The position numbers and the translations under genes were made by a program. A model generated the notes under the pieces. It made no database searches, had not been told where the DNA came from, and saw only the letters and a list, made by a program, of their open reading frames with translations. Positions 38,636 through 47,795 of a DNA stretch of 64,000 nt are shown here, in pieces; positions within the stretch are counted from its first letter, which is position 1; every line of letters begins with the position of its first letter. Source of the DNA: a virus (taxonomy: Duplodnaviria; Caudoviricetes); IMG/VR virus record IMGVR_UViG_3300025389_000010, positions 161,757 to 225,756 of that record. One strand, given 5' to 3'.

Positions 38636-39040
38636 TTATCCATAAATTACTTCTCCAAAGAGACAACATTGTAAGTAGACATCTGATGTCTCGGCATCGT
38701 CGTTTTCATTAAGGAAGTTTGCCATGTGGTATGGGTAATCGCTTGCCATAACCTGTAATCCCTTTGCCATACTCTCTAGGTTCAGAGTATAGGTCTTGCC
38801 CTTCTCATAGTTTGGAACGCTAATGATTAAAGCCCCACCTTTGTTTGTAGGATAAGATAGATGACGAAACTCCCTGTCATCCTTCTCGGTATTGTCAAAG
38901 TTTTCGGGCTTTACAAACTCGTCGATCTGATACCAGTAGTTCGATCCTCCTTCAAATGCTCCACACAGGAGATCGGACAGTCTATTGATTGTCACATCCT
39001 GCCTGTATCCTATCGTTGCCGGTTTCATTGTCTTGGTCAT
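38636..39040 (-). CDS. Conserved phage hypothetical protein
   Basis: YW...DAETSDVYLQCCLFGEVIYG C-terminus. Confidence 0.7.
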   Translation of the reverse strand: MTKTMKPATIGYRQDVTINRLSDLLCGAFEGGSNYWYQIDEFVKPENFDNTEKDDREFRHLSYPTNKGGALIISVPNYEKGKTYTLNLESMAKGLQVMASDYPYHMANFLNENDDAETSDVYLQCCLFGEVIYG

Positions 39041-39366
39041 TTTGGGTGTTGGTGTTGGTTGGAAAATTGTTCCCTGCTCCTCCGTCGAGGACTATCTTCG
39101 CTAAAAGATTCGGCGTTGCAATCGCACAGGGATTATTCGTAGACAGATTCCCCTGTCTACACGGGAGTTGCTCTCTGCCTTTTGCTCCGACTTGAGACGG
39201 ATTGGAAGCATCTTTTCTTCCAAGTAGCATTTCAACTATTGAGGATCTTATAGATTTTTGTGGTCAGGTCAATACTTTTTTTATGGTATGTCATCGTCAT
39301 CGTTTGCCCAATGAACCAGAAGGATTATCACTATCCAGAGAATGAGCAGGATGTCAAGGATGATCG

Positions 39367-39606
39367 TCATTTCACATGGAGGACATATTGCCCTCTAATG
39401 TAGATCGTATTGCCATGAATTGCACAATCATTCAGGTCATCCATGAAGACCGTGCAGTATTTTCCACTTACAATGATGTCATCGTCATCTTCGATCTCCT
39501 TGTTGATGAAGTCGATGTTGAGGTTGTATGAGTCAGAGGCATGGAATCCCTCGACCTTTTTTGCATTTTTCAGCAAGTCTAGTGCTATTAGTGCGTTTTT
39601 TGTCAT
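39367..39606 (-). CDS. Hypothetical protein
   Basis: Start refined to MTKNAL. Confidence 0.55.
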   Translation of the reverse strand: MTKNALIALDLLKNAKKVEGFHASDSYNLNIDFINKEIEDDDDIIVSGKYCTVFMDDLNDCAIHGNTIYIRGQYVLHVK

Positions 39607-39929
39607 AGTGTTACATTCTCCCACATTGAAATTAAAGGTTCGTCATTGTTAGAAATAAAATCGTTAATCATCTGAATTACCCGTCTCTTCTGCTTGTCCT
39701 TGGTTTCCACGCTAAAAGTCTGCGTGTTGCATCCCTTGAAATACAAGTGTTCCCTGCTATTGGTGTCTTTGTATTTCCTCTTGGAGATGATAACGGATCT
39801 GAACCTGTTATACATATTTGCATCTCCGTTGAAATCTTGGAGATCAAACACAATCTTCCACTCGGTGTAGATACACTCCCACTCGGTTCCGATTGCGGCT
39901 CGACTAATTTTTTTGTCAAGAATTTTCAC
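39603..39929 (-). CDS. Hypothetical protein
   Basis: 108-aa ORF. Confidence 0.55.
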   Translation of the reverse strand: MKILDKKISRAAIGTEWECIYTEWKIVFDLQDFNGDANMYNRFRSVIISKRKYKDTNSREHLYFKGCNTQTFSVETKDKQKRRVIQMINDFISNNDEPLISMWENVTL

Positions 39930-39962
39930 TATTTTGTTAGCTTAATTTGTAAGTATTGTTGT

Positions 39963-40442
39963 ATGAAAATTTGTGCTATATGTCAATCCCAAATTCCATC
40001 ATGGGTTGTAATTGATGGTAAAAGAAAAAACCTTCAACGGAGAAAGTATTGTTTAACTTGTTCACCTTTTGGCTTACATAATACTGCAAAGTTAAATGTT
40101 CCATTGGAGATTAGAGGTAGGGGCAGGATAAGAAAAAAGGGTGACACATATAAATATCAAAAGGAAAGAGGATTGAAAAGAAAAACCAAACTTGTAAAAT
40201 TATATGGTGGATGTTGTAAAATATGTGGTTACAAAAAGAATCTCGGTGTATTACAATTTCATCATAGAGATCCTAAAGAAAAGATAAGTCAATTAGATGT
40301 TCGTATAATAACAAATAGGACATGGCAATTTTGCCTTGATGAAGCAAAGAAGTGTGATTTGCTTTGTGCTAATTGTCATGCGGAGCATCATTATCCAGAA
40401 TTAAGTAAGTGGGCCGGGTCGGAGTCGAACCGACAGTCTTGA
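39963..40442 (+). mobile_element. HNH homing endonuclease with Zn fingers, antisense insertion next to a tRNA
   Basis: CAIC...CLTC; GGCCKICGY...LQFHH.DP..K...CDLLCANCH; AT-rich; TAAGTA before the ATG at 39963. Confidence 0.8.
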
Positions 40443-40483
40443 CCGTTATGAGCAGTATGTTTTAACCCTTAAACTACCAGCCC
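40410..40483 (-). tRNA. tRNA with CAT anticodon, probably Ile2 (lysidine type), otherwise Met; CCA not encoded
   Basis: Cloverleaf GGGCTGG/CCGGCCC-A, loop CT-CAT-AA, T-loop TTCGACT; C4-G69 and G68 resemble Ile2. Confidence 0.8.
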
Positions 40484-40516
40484 TTACTTAAATTTGTTAG
40501 TTGATGTTAGACTTTG

Positions 40517-40699
40517 TTAAGCCTTTTCGATACCCTCCAACAAGGTAAAGGTCTTGAGGTGTTTGACGGCATCACCCATTGCAGAGTCGAGAGTGATGAA
40601 CATTCCCTGCTCTTGCGTGTTGCCATCCTCATCGTCGTAACGATAAGCGTATCCTGCCTCTTTGTAATAAACCAGTTGGAGTGTTGGTATGTGTTTCAT
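40517..40699 (-). CDS. Hypothetical protein
   Basis: 60-aa ORF. Confidence 0.55.
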   Translation of the reverse strand: MKHIPTLQLVYYKEAGYAYRYDDEDGNTQEQGMFITLDSAMGDAVKHLKTFTLLEGIEKA

Positions 40700-40705
40700 T
40701 GTATG

Positions 40706-40918
40706 TTAGATAATGGTTGATTCCATGTCGATATTGGTATGGATCATAAGTTCCTCAATATCGTCAATGAATGAGTCCCTTGCCTCGACCCAATTTTCAA
40801 TGTCTTGCTCTGTTGCACCTTCCTTGTTCTTCTGAACAAAGGCGAGGAGCATATCGTTAAGAGAGTCTTTAAGACCGTTCTTGATTTCGTCTATCATTTG
40901 TGCGGATGCTGTTTTCAT
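40706..40918 (-). CDS. Hypothetical protein
   Basis: 70 aa; TTGACA-17-TAGAAT promoter at 40930-40958. Confidence 0.65.
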   Translation of the reverse strand: MKTASAQMIDEIKNGLKDSLNDMLLAFVQKNKEGATEQDIENWVEARDSFIDDIEELMIHTNIDMESTII

Positions 40919-40932
40919 GTTGGAATATAATT

Positions 40933-41205
40933 CTAGCCGATCTTTGCAGGAATGTCAATAGGCAATTCACAATAATTTTCGTGTTGCCAATTATGCAATG
41001 CCCTACCAAGTGCGATCCTGTTGCCAAGTTTGCGATTCGGATGATCCTTGTCGTGGCAGACTGCAATGCCCTTTGAGGTATTACCTACCCTGTCTGTCAA
41101 GAAGATTTCGGTGTGGTATTGCGAGTTGTGACAAACGAATACTTTCCAACCTTGTTTGCGGAGTTGTTCGATTGTCAGATGTTTGATGTCTGGTTTGTTG
41201 TGCAT
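40933..41205 (-). CDS. Conserved phage hypothetical protein
   Basis: G.AVCH.KD...RKLG..IALGRA pattern. Confidence 0.6.
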   Translation of the reverse strand: MHNKPDIKHLTIEQLRKQGWKVFVCHNSQYHTEIFLTDRVGNTSKGIAVCHDKDHPNRKLGNRIALGRALHNWQHENYCELPIDIPAKIG

Positions 41206-41209
41206 TGTA

Positions 41210-41428
41210 TTATCTCTCCTTGCTTAACAATTCGTTCTTGATGTCCTGCTGAAGTTCCTCCAAGTCCTTTAAGATTTCAGATGCCTCATCTAGTAATTCC
41301 TTGATCGACTCGTCCTCGACATCGAACTCGTCAAGGACGGCATCGAGATCGGAGAGGAGTGTTCCTTCTGCGACTCCACACCATTCGAGGAGTTGTCTGG
41401 TTGTTGTTTTTTCTGTTGGGGTTTGCAT
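41210..41428 (-). CDS. Acidic hypothetical protein
   Basis: 72-aa ORF. Confidence 0.55.
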   Translation of the reverse strand: MQTPTEKTTTRQLLEWCGVAEGTLLSDLDAVLDEFDVEDESIKELLDEASEILKDLEELQQDIKNELLSKER

Positions 41429-41633
41429 AATTTGTAAATCGGTCTATGTGGTATGAATGTTCTCATTGAAGGACAAGTTCATTCTCTGTCATATAAGCGA
41501 ATTGATCCTGTGGGTGTGCCTTGAAGGTTCCGATTGTTCCGACTTCTTCTGACACAAAGAACCAGATGCCTTCGATCAGAACAGCAGGACGACCCATCTT
41601 CATTTTGACTTGTGTATGTGCTTGTATCATATA

Positions 41634-42254
41634 TCAATCCTCCTCTTCCTCGTTATCTTCCATCATTTGATAGTAGTTGTCAAGATCCAAGTCGTAGTAA
41701 AGATCACTACCCTCTGGAATCTCATCCATGTCCTCATAGCAGTTGTCTTGCTCACCATCGGGGCCGACGATGTATTCACCTGCAAACATATATCCTTCAT
41801 CGAAATATGTCATGCGAAGTGTTTCGCCGGTCAACTTTGCAAGCTCTCGTATGACTGCAATCGGTGGACTCCATGCCGTCTGGAAACTTATGTCACCAAA
41901 GTCCTCGACATTGTTGATGCTATCGTCCTCCAATGTCCAACAACTGTATGCGTTCCACTTGGTGTCCCATTTGTCAACACTCCAATCATACCAGTTCTTG
42001 TAACCATAGTCCTTCAAGTTCTGCTCTTGTAAGAGGTCGTGTTCCTTCTGCCTTGCGTCTATCTCCTCCTTGGTTTTCGGTTCGGTGATCTTCTCTATCG
42101 TAGATTCTAGGGTAGTCTTGTAGATTCCCTCTGGCATAGGGATTATCTTGTTGAAGTCAATACTCTTGCCATCATCTGTAAGATAAGGCTTGATGACTTC
42201 TCCGATATTCTTTCCGCTAGTGCAGGAAAGACTGTTTGTGCAATGATTAGGCAT
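41634..42254 (-). CDS. DUF1281/YubB ferredoxin-like fold protein
   Basis: MPNHCTN...DFNKIIPMP...WYDW...WDTKWNA...F.TAWSPP...YFDEG. Confidence 0.8.
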   Translation of the reverse strand: MPNHCTNSLSCTSGKNIGEVIKPYLTDDGKSIDFNKIIPMPEGIYKTTLESTIEKITEPKTKEEIDARQKEHDLLQEQNLKDYGYKNWYDWSVDKWDTKWNAYSCWTLEDDSINNVEDFGDISFQTAWSPPIAVIRELAKLTGETLRMTYFDEGYMFAGEYIVGPDGEQDNCYEDMDEIPEGSDLYYDLDLDNYYQMMEDNEEEED

Positions 42255-42460
42255 TGTATTATGTTGTTTGTTTTGGTGTTGGGGTTAATCTCTTACCAGA
42301 AACAGATGTCCTTGGTCAAGCACATCATTGGTTTCTTCCTCGGAAAATTCCGTTCTGGTTATGGGGTAGTATTCCTCATCCTCGGCATCGTAGATCGTGA
42401 TGGTATCCTCCAACCGATCCTTGGGCATGGAGTAAAGAATGTTGAGTAATTCAGCGTATG

Positions 42461-42670
42461 TCATTTGTCAAATGGTGTGGAGTAAGACCAAGAAGGTTCT
42501 GCTTTTACCTTGAAGAACATTCCGATCAACGGAAGGTTCGGGTGAGTTTGGAGTTTGACCCTGTAATCGGCATAAGCCCACAGGAATGATGCAACGAATC
42601 CCATCGCTAGGATGATGTTGACTCTGGTTGTGTATCTTCTGGATCTGATTATTGTTCTTGCTGATTTCAT
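42461..42670 (-). CDS. Small membrane protein
   Basis: One TM helix. Confidence 0.5.
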   Translation of the reverse strand: MKSARTIIRSRRYTTRVNIILAMGFVASFLWAYADYRVKLQTHPNLPLIGMFFKVKAEPSWSYSTPFDK

Positions 42671-42892
42671 AGTGGGCCGAATTTATTGTAGTAACAAATG
42701 ATTACAAAGAGTAACAGGAAAGTGAGTAAGGTCATGTGGTTGTAATACGATATTGATTCTTCAATCCTGCCATTGTATCCCAAAGGGTGAAGGTGTCAAT
42801 CCTATTCTGTGCTTCTTTTTGGGAATCGGACTGAACATTGTTGATGCTCACCCACTTCTTCAACGATGTGTTAAAGTATTCGACAATGTATT

Positions 42893-43114
42893 TCATTCGA
42901 TTTCGTAAATGTGAGTGCTGGTCGTTGTCTGCTTGATGCGATAGAAGTTGGAGATGTGAACTCCTGCTTCGTTGTCTGGATCGTTGCGATAGAGGTGTCT
43001 TGCTCCTTCTTCTGCATCCTCTCTGTTCTCATAAGTCAGGGAATATCTGTCAGACCACTTCCTACGATTATAGACTTCGATAGTGAAGACGGTTTGTGTC
43101 TCGGTGTTAGTCAT
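42893..43114 (-). CDS. Hypothetical protein
   Basis: Start refined to MTNTET. Confidence 0.55.
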   Translation of the reverse strand: MTNTETQTVFTIEVYNRRKWSDRYSLTYENREDAEEGARHLYRNDPDNEAGVHISNFYRIKQTTTSTHIYEIE

Positions 43115-43370
43115 GGTAAATGTGTGCCGTGATCTCGTTGGCTTGCGTGTCGAATGTGATCCTAGTAGCAAACCCTCTCATAATGCAATGAGGTTGTTTC
43201 TTCTGTGCATGACTCTCAATATAGGGAACCTTGATCTTGACATGGTTGACCATGTGGCAAGCACCTTCCCAATGCACGGTCATGACATTACGACCCTGCT
43301 TCCTTGCCTCTGCCTTGTTGTAGTGGTAGAAGAATCTCTTGGGTTTGACTGCAATGATATTGTTTTTCAT
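43107..43370 (-). CDS. Conserved phage hypothetical protein
   Basis: FFYHYNK...MTVHW.G.CH...QP.C.MRG; start refined to MKNNII. Confidence 0.6.
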   Translation of the reverse strand: MKNNIIAVKPKRFFYHYNKAEARKQGRNVMTVHWEGACHMVNHVKIKVPYIESHAQKKQPHCIMRGFATRITFDTQANEITAHIYHD

Positions 43371-43374
43371 TGTA

Positions 43375-43578
43375 TTATTCCTCGTAGGGGATGTCACTTG
43401 CAATTTCATACACATTCCACAGGTCTTTGTTGAGAGTGTGAGAATACTCAAGCGGTTCGTCGGGTGTGCCAGTAGTGGCATACTTGTTCTCGGCAATTTC
43501 GATTGCCTCTTCGGGACTCTCTGCCTCGACATACATCGTGGCATAATGAACTTCAGGGATGCTTACGCTATATTTCAT
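43375..43578 (-). CDS. DpnD/PcfM-like small protein
   Basis: MKYSV.I.E......VEAES.EEA.E.AE. Confidence 0.6.
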   Translation of the reverse strand: MKYSVSIPEVHYATMYVEAESPEEAIEIAENKYATTGTPDEPLEYSHTLNKDLWNVYEIASDIPYEE

Positions 43579-43865
43579 TTTGCTTTGGTTGGTTTGGTTA
43601 TGGAGACTTTAGCTTTGCAGAGATCCTTGCTCTGGTCAATCGTTTTTTTCTCTTTTGCGATTCTTTTTTTTCTACGAGTGATAGCCTTGGAAACTTCCTT
43701 TATGATGTCGGGTTTGAGATAACTGTCATTGCTTGTATCAATATGTGTGTCAAGAGGATTGCCACTCATTGTAGTATAATCGGTTACATAGATTTTGGCC
43801 TTGTCATGCTTCATGATATAGACCTCCCTTATGATAATGTCCTTCGTGTATTGCAGGATTCTCAT
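43575..43865 (-). CDS. Hypothetical protein
   Basis: 96 aa; TTGCAT-16-TACGAT-6 nt-ATG. Confidence 0.6.
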   Translation of the reverse strand: MRILQYTKDIIIREVYIMKHDKAKIYVTDYTTMSGNPLDTHIDTSNDSYLKPDIIKEVSKAITRRKKRIAKEKKTIDQSKDLCKAKVSITKPTKAK

Positions 43866-43945
43866 ACCCTGATCGTATCATCATCGTGTATGGATGCAAC
43901 AACTTTTTTTGAAAACATTGTAATACGCCTCCGTTGCCGGGTGAC

Positions 43946-43987
43946 GATTTGTAAAACAAAGTTTTAATATTCTTTGTTTTACAAATA
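43946..43987. repeat. 42-bp palindromic element
   Basis: GATTTGTAAAACAAAG-TTTTAATATT-CTTTGTTTTACAAATA. Confidence 0.9.
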
Positions 43988-44024
43988 TCGCAGCGGGAAG
44001 GTTCGGTGGTCGGATCTGAAAACG

Positions 44025-44058
44025 AAAAACCCCACCACCCTTTCGGATGATGGGGTTT
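44025..44058 (-). terminator. GAAA-loop terminator after the tRNA cluster
   Basis: Identical to the hairpin at 32943-32976. Confidence 0.85.
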
Positions 44059-44104
44059 CCCATGAACAGGATCTTACTTCATGTAAGACCCTTACCAACA
44101 AAGT

Positions 44105-44180
44105 TGGTGGGATCGTCGGGACTCGAACCCGAAACCAATTCGTTAAAAGCGAACTGCTCTACCGATTGAGCTACGATCCC
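44105..44180 (-). tRNA. trnK: tRNA-Lys(UUU)
   Basis: 76-nt cloverleaf, loop CT-TTT-AA, encoded CCA. Confidence 0.95.
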
Positions 44181-44207
44181 TAAAGTCATTTTTGTTTCGT
44201 TGATTGT

Positions 44208-44282
44208 TGGTGCATCCAGTAGGAATCGAACCTACATATAGGCTTTAGAAGAGCCTTGTCCTATCCGTTGAACGATGGATGC
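44208..44282 (-). tRNA. trnR: tRNA-Arg(UCU)
   Basis: 75-nt cloverleaf, loop CT-TCT-AA, encoded CCA. Confidence 0.95.
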
Positions 44283-44293
44283 TTTATTAAGGT

Positions 44294-44388
44294 TGGAAGT
44301 GGCGGAGGGAATCGAACCCTCGCTAATCCCACATCTAGGGAAGTTATAGGTATAAACTATATCGTGCTTCCAATTACACTACGCCACC
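44294..44388 (-). tRNA. Atypical long-variable-arm tRNA with UAU anticodon (nominal Ile; identity uncertain)
   Basis: 95 nt; acceptor GGTGGCG/CGCCACT-T-CCA; stem TATAG/CTATA around TT-TAT-AC; about 23-nt variable region with a TCCC/GGGA stem; T-loop TTCGATT. Confidence 0.75.
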
Positions 44389-44397
44389 TTGTAAGTT

Positions 44398-45717
44398 TTA
44401 GTCCTCCTTGGTTTGAGTTGCCTTCTTGAAGAAGTTCCTCAAGGCATTAAGGACAGTCGTTGTATCCTGCTTCTTCTTGATGAAGCGACCCTTCTCGTCC
44501 CTGACATTGTGATATGCCGTGGGTGTCGGTGTAGGCTTGCTGGTGTTCTGGTTTTCGTGGCAACCACATTGACCTCCGCAACATCCATCGTTGCCCTTAT
44601 TGCCTACCTCATCTTCCTCGGTGTAGGTGTATCCACACTTCTTGTCGAGGTAGTCGGTCAAGGTTGGTTCCTCATTCGTGGTCTTGCCAGCACATCCTCC
44701 TCCGTAGCAACCAGAGTATTCATCGTCGTAGCAGTTATCACAAAGGTCGTCACCATTGCCGTTGTAGTTCTCGTTATTGAGTTCCAACTTGCAGGAACAG
44801 CAATTACCAAGTCCTTCATCGTCATCGTCATCCTTGCACAGATAGCAAAGATTATCTCCGTTGCCATCATAGGTTTTTTTGTTCAAGAATCCTCCACAAT
44901 TATCGCAGGTATCATCGTTGTCATTGTCCTCATACTCTCCACCATCGGAGGAGTAGAGATCAGAGTCGAACCCATTCTCTCCACGATCCAGTTTGCTCCT
45001 CCAATCGTCGGTGTATTCAGCAACAACCTCATAGCGACAGGTGCGACCCTTGGTGTTGTTGTAGTCGGCAGGGATCGCCACAACATCCTTGGGATTGATC
45101 TTAACAATCATCGTATGACCTCCGCTTGAATCCCTGAAGTGAGGGAGGTATGCAATCGAACAGAAGTGCAGACCATAGGAGCAAGTGCGATCCTTGTCCT
45201 CATCGACACGATTGCGAGGCATCTCACAGACCTTGCCAACGGAGTTGTCGAACTTCCCACTATGAATGTCCTTGTAATCTGCCTTGACATTCTTGTAGGC
45301 AAGGAAGCAACCATCCTCGGTGATCGGGAGTTCCCCAACCTCAAGGAAGTCGTAGAGTTCATCTACTGCTCTCTTGGAAGGATTCTGCATGAGGTTCTCC
45401 AAGAACTTCACAAGAGGCTCAAACGGAAGATCCTGCTGAACAAAGCTAATGATCCTCTTGGTGAGAGTATTATGGAGTTCTTCATCGTTATACACAAGGA
45501 TGCCGTCCTTAATGGAAATACCATGTGAGAGGTAGGCATTGAGTTGACGAGAGACATCGACATACTCCACGAACTTGTGCCAGAATCCGTTCTTCACGGC
45601 ATCCAGCAGGATGTGGTAGTTGGGATGGTCGGTGTCAATCGCATAGGACTGACCGTTGACAAATGCGGCGATCTTTCCAGATCCCGTAATTGTGACTGCG
45701 TTGTTGGTGGTGTTCAT
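44398..45717 (-). CDS. rIIB: RIIB-like protein with a Cys-rich acidic C-terminal extension
   Basis: PITEDGCFLAYK...MPRNRVD...CSYGLH...KINPKDVVAIP.DY...KGR.CRYEVV; follows rIIA. Confidence 0.85.
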   Translation of the reverse strand: MNTTNNAVTITGSGKIAAFVNGQSYAIDTDHPNYHILLDAVKNGFWHKFVEYVDVSRQLNAYLSHGISIKDGILVYNDEELHNTLTKRIISFVQQDLPFEPLVKFLENLMQNPSKRAVDELYDFLEVGELPITEDGCFLAYKNVKADYKDIHSGKFDNSVGKVCEMPRNRVDEDKDRTCSYGLHFCSIAYLPHFRDSSGGHTMIVKINPKDVVAIPADYNNTKGRTCRYEVVAEYTDDWRSKLDRGENGFDSDLYSSDGGEYEDNDNDDTCDNCGGFLNKKTYDGNGDNLCYLCKDDDDDEGLGNCCSCKLELNNENYNGNGDDLCDNCYDDEYSGCYGGGCAGKTTNEEPTLTDYLDKKCGYTYTEEDEVGNKGNDGCCGGQCGCHENQNTSKPTPTPTAYHNVRDEKGRFIKKKQDTTTVLNALRNFFKKATQTKED

Positions 45718-45727
45718 AGCGTTAATG

Positions 45728-45755
45728 ATCTTATCAGGGTTTTGCTCGGTGTCAA
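45728..45755 (-). promoter_or_regulatory. sigma70-type promoter of rIIB
   Basis: TTGACA-16-TAAGAT. Confidence 0.7.
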
Positions 45756-45770
45756 TACGATTTCTTTGTA

Positions 45771-47795
45771 TTACTTGAGATTTTCTACAAGCAGGAGAAC
45801 TTCGTCAATCGACCAGTTATAGGTTCCAATCCTTGACAAGAGCAAGGAGATTGCCTTGTTAGACCCTGCATACTTGATCGGTGTGTTGGAACGAAACGAG
45901 TGACCCTCAAAGAGCAAATGGTCAATACTCCGATACTTGTAATACTTATCCATGCACTCGTTGACCTTGTTGACAAAGACCTTGAACTCGTTGTCCTTGG
46001 CAAGTGACATGAACTTGCTGTGCTTTACAATGTTCTGAATTGTCGATTGGTTGTAGTGATAGCAAGTTGCAAGACCTTCTTTGTCAATGTCGATCTTGAT
46101 GTTGTCGTTGATCCATTTGATAAAATCAACACAAGTGGCAGGAAGGTTCTTGACATTGTTCTCGGAAACCATGACCACATCCTTTTCGGTAAGTTCCATG
46201 AACTGCATGACCCGATACAGGTCACTCTTGTTGGCAATAAACTTTTGCAGACCCTTGATCGGGAAGTTGATGTCGTAGTTTTCCTTGGGTTTGACAAGGT
46301 AAAACTTTGGAGTCTGTGCATCGAATACCTCGGCATCCCAACCCTTCTTGTCGAGATCACCAAGATAATAAAGGTTGAACTGACCCTTGACCCTTTGCGT
46401 GGTCGTGGTCGTGCGACCCTTGCGTGATGCAGGGATGGGTTTGGGCAGACTGCTCACAGGCAGGAATGATTCCTTGGGGAACCCATTGGCAATCATCTTG
46501 TCGTATGCCTTACTTGAGAATACACAAATCTTGGTGTCCTCGTTAGACCTGACATGATGCCTGACACGAGAGATGCCACCCTTGATGTCATCATGGTAAT
46601 ACCATGTGATATTACGACCCATCTGGACATTGTGACTCTCGTTGATCTTGGTTCTGTAATACGAAGGCTTGCTGTATGTAATGCAAGGTATGGGATCGTC
46701 GGAAATGTGGTTGACCACATTAGCCTTGATGATCTCCCTGATGAAACCGTATGGATCGGAAATGTCCATGCCCTTCCACATGAGTTTGTCGATCTTCATA
46801 CCTTGTATGAAAGCGAACTGGTTGTGCAGGGTATAGACCATGTGCAAGGCATCGTAGATGTTTGTCTTCTCGGCAAGCATCTCGGTCAACCTCTTCTTGA
46901 AGTCCTCTTGAACCATTGCCAACTTGTCGTTGAGTGCCTTGATGGTTGCAGGACAATATGAGATAGACTCACGACTTGGAGTGAAATCAATCTCACCCAT
47001 CTTGAAGTGCAGGACAAGGTTTGCTTTGTAAAGCATATCCCGATACTTGCCGTCGAGCTTATAGGAGTTAATGGGATAGTTGACTCCTCCCATGATGGCA
47101 AAGCTACCATTCCAATCCTTCTTGCTATCGGCATAGCTTTCCCATCCATCGCCCTTGAACATGGGTGATTCAATGTTCCACTCGATCTTACCTCCCGTGA
47201 TGGTAGGCTTAACAGAGAAGAAACGAAATGCCTTGAAGGTTGCCGTCTTGAAGTCCTCAAAGTCACTTGCCTTGACAGGGATCTTGATGGCAACTCCGTT
47301 CTCCTCGGTCGTGTTCTCGGTAGATACCAGAGCAATGGCAGGAGTGTTGTGTTGGTTGAAGAAGGCATTGTATGTCCTCTTCACACCCTCATGGATACTC
47401 GTCACGGTGAAGGCATCGGTGTAGCAGAAAGGAGACTTGCTACCAAGACCAAGGCATCCAACTTGGTCATCGGTGTTGGTCTTTGTGCTTTCAAAGTATG
47501 TCGCATAGATATTGTAGATGTTCTCATGCGAGATGCCGGTTCCGTAGTCTTGAATGGTGATCCAAGGCTCAAGTGTATTGGGCAGATGAATGTGGAAGGG
47601 ACGATCCTTCTTACCAGATGCAACCATGCTATCGCTTGCATTGCATCCCAACTCACGCACGATGGCGAGAGGCTTATCGGAGTAGAGGTCAGAAAGAATC
47701 TGAAAAGCCTTGCGGCTTGACTTCATCTTGAACTCGTTCTCCTGTGTCACTTGTCCGATCTGCTCGACTGTGTTGGTGTTCTCTATCAGTTTCAT
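45771..47795 (-). CDS. rIIA: RIIA-like protein (GHKL ATPase N-terminus)
   Basis: LYSDK..AIVREL..NA.DS, IQDYGTGIS, STK...DQVGCLGLGSKSPF. Confidence 0.85.
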   Translation of the reverse strand: MKLIENTNTVEQIGQVTQENEFKMKSSRKAFQILSDLYSDKPLAIVRELGCNASDSMVASGKKDRPFHIHLPNTLEPWITIQDYGTGISHENIYNIYATYFESTKTNTDDQVGCLGLGSKSPFCYTDAFTVTSIHEGVKRTYNAFFNQHNTPAIALVSTENTTEENGVAIKIPVKASDFEDFKTATFKAFRFFSVKPTITGGKIEWNIESPMFKGDGWESYADSKKDWNGSFAIMGGVNYPINSYKLDGKYRDMLYKANLVLHFKMGEIDFTPSRESISYCPATIKALNDKLAMVQEDFKKRLTEMLAEKTNIYDALHMVYTLHNQFAFIQGMKIDKLMWKGMDISDPYGFIREIIKANVVNHISDDPIPCITYSKPSYYRTKINESHNVQMGRNITWYYHDDIKGGISRVRHHVRSNEDTKICVFSSKAYDKMIANGFPKESFLPVSSLPKPIPASRKGRTTTTTQRVKGQFNLYYLGDLDKKGWDAEVFDAQTPKFYLVKPKENYDINFPIKGLQKFIANKSDLYRVMQFMELTEKDVVMVSENNVKNLPATCVDFIKWINDNIKIDIDKEGLATCYHYNQSTIQNIVKHSKFMSLAKDNEFKVFVNKVNECMDKYYKYRSIDHLLFEGHSFRSNTPIKYAGSNKAISLLLSRIGTYNWSIDEVLLLVENLK

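Noticed and set aside
29222-44183. ORF-track proteins starting MFYKS/MFYKY (29222, 30734, 31707, 33825, 43974)
   Set aside because: These starts are TTG codons inside the repeat element; real starts lie downstream of the promoters
44340-44362. Reading the atypical tRNA as a UUA-anticodon ochre suppressor
   Set aside because: That register gives only 3 of 5 stem pairs and G32; the UAU register gives 5 of 5 pairs with U33 and A37
44413-47720. Long plus-strand ORFs antisense to rIIA/rIIB
   Set aside because: Expected shadow ORFs of GC-richer coding sequence with biased third positions
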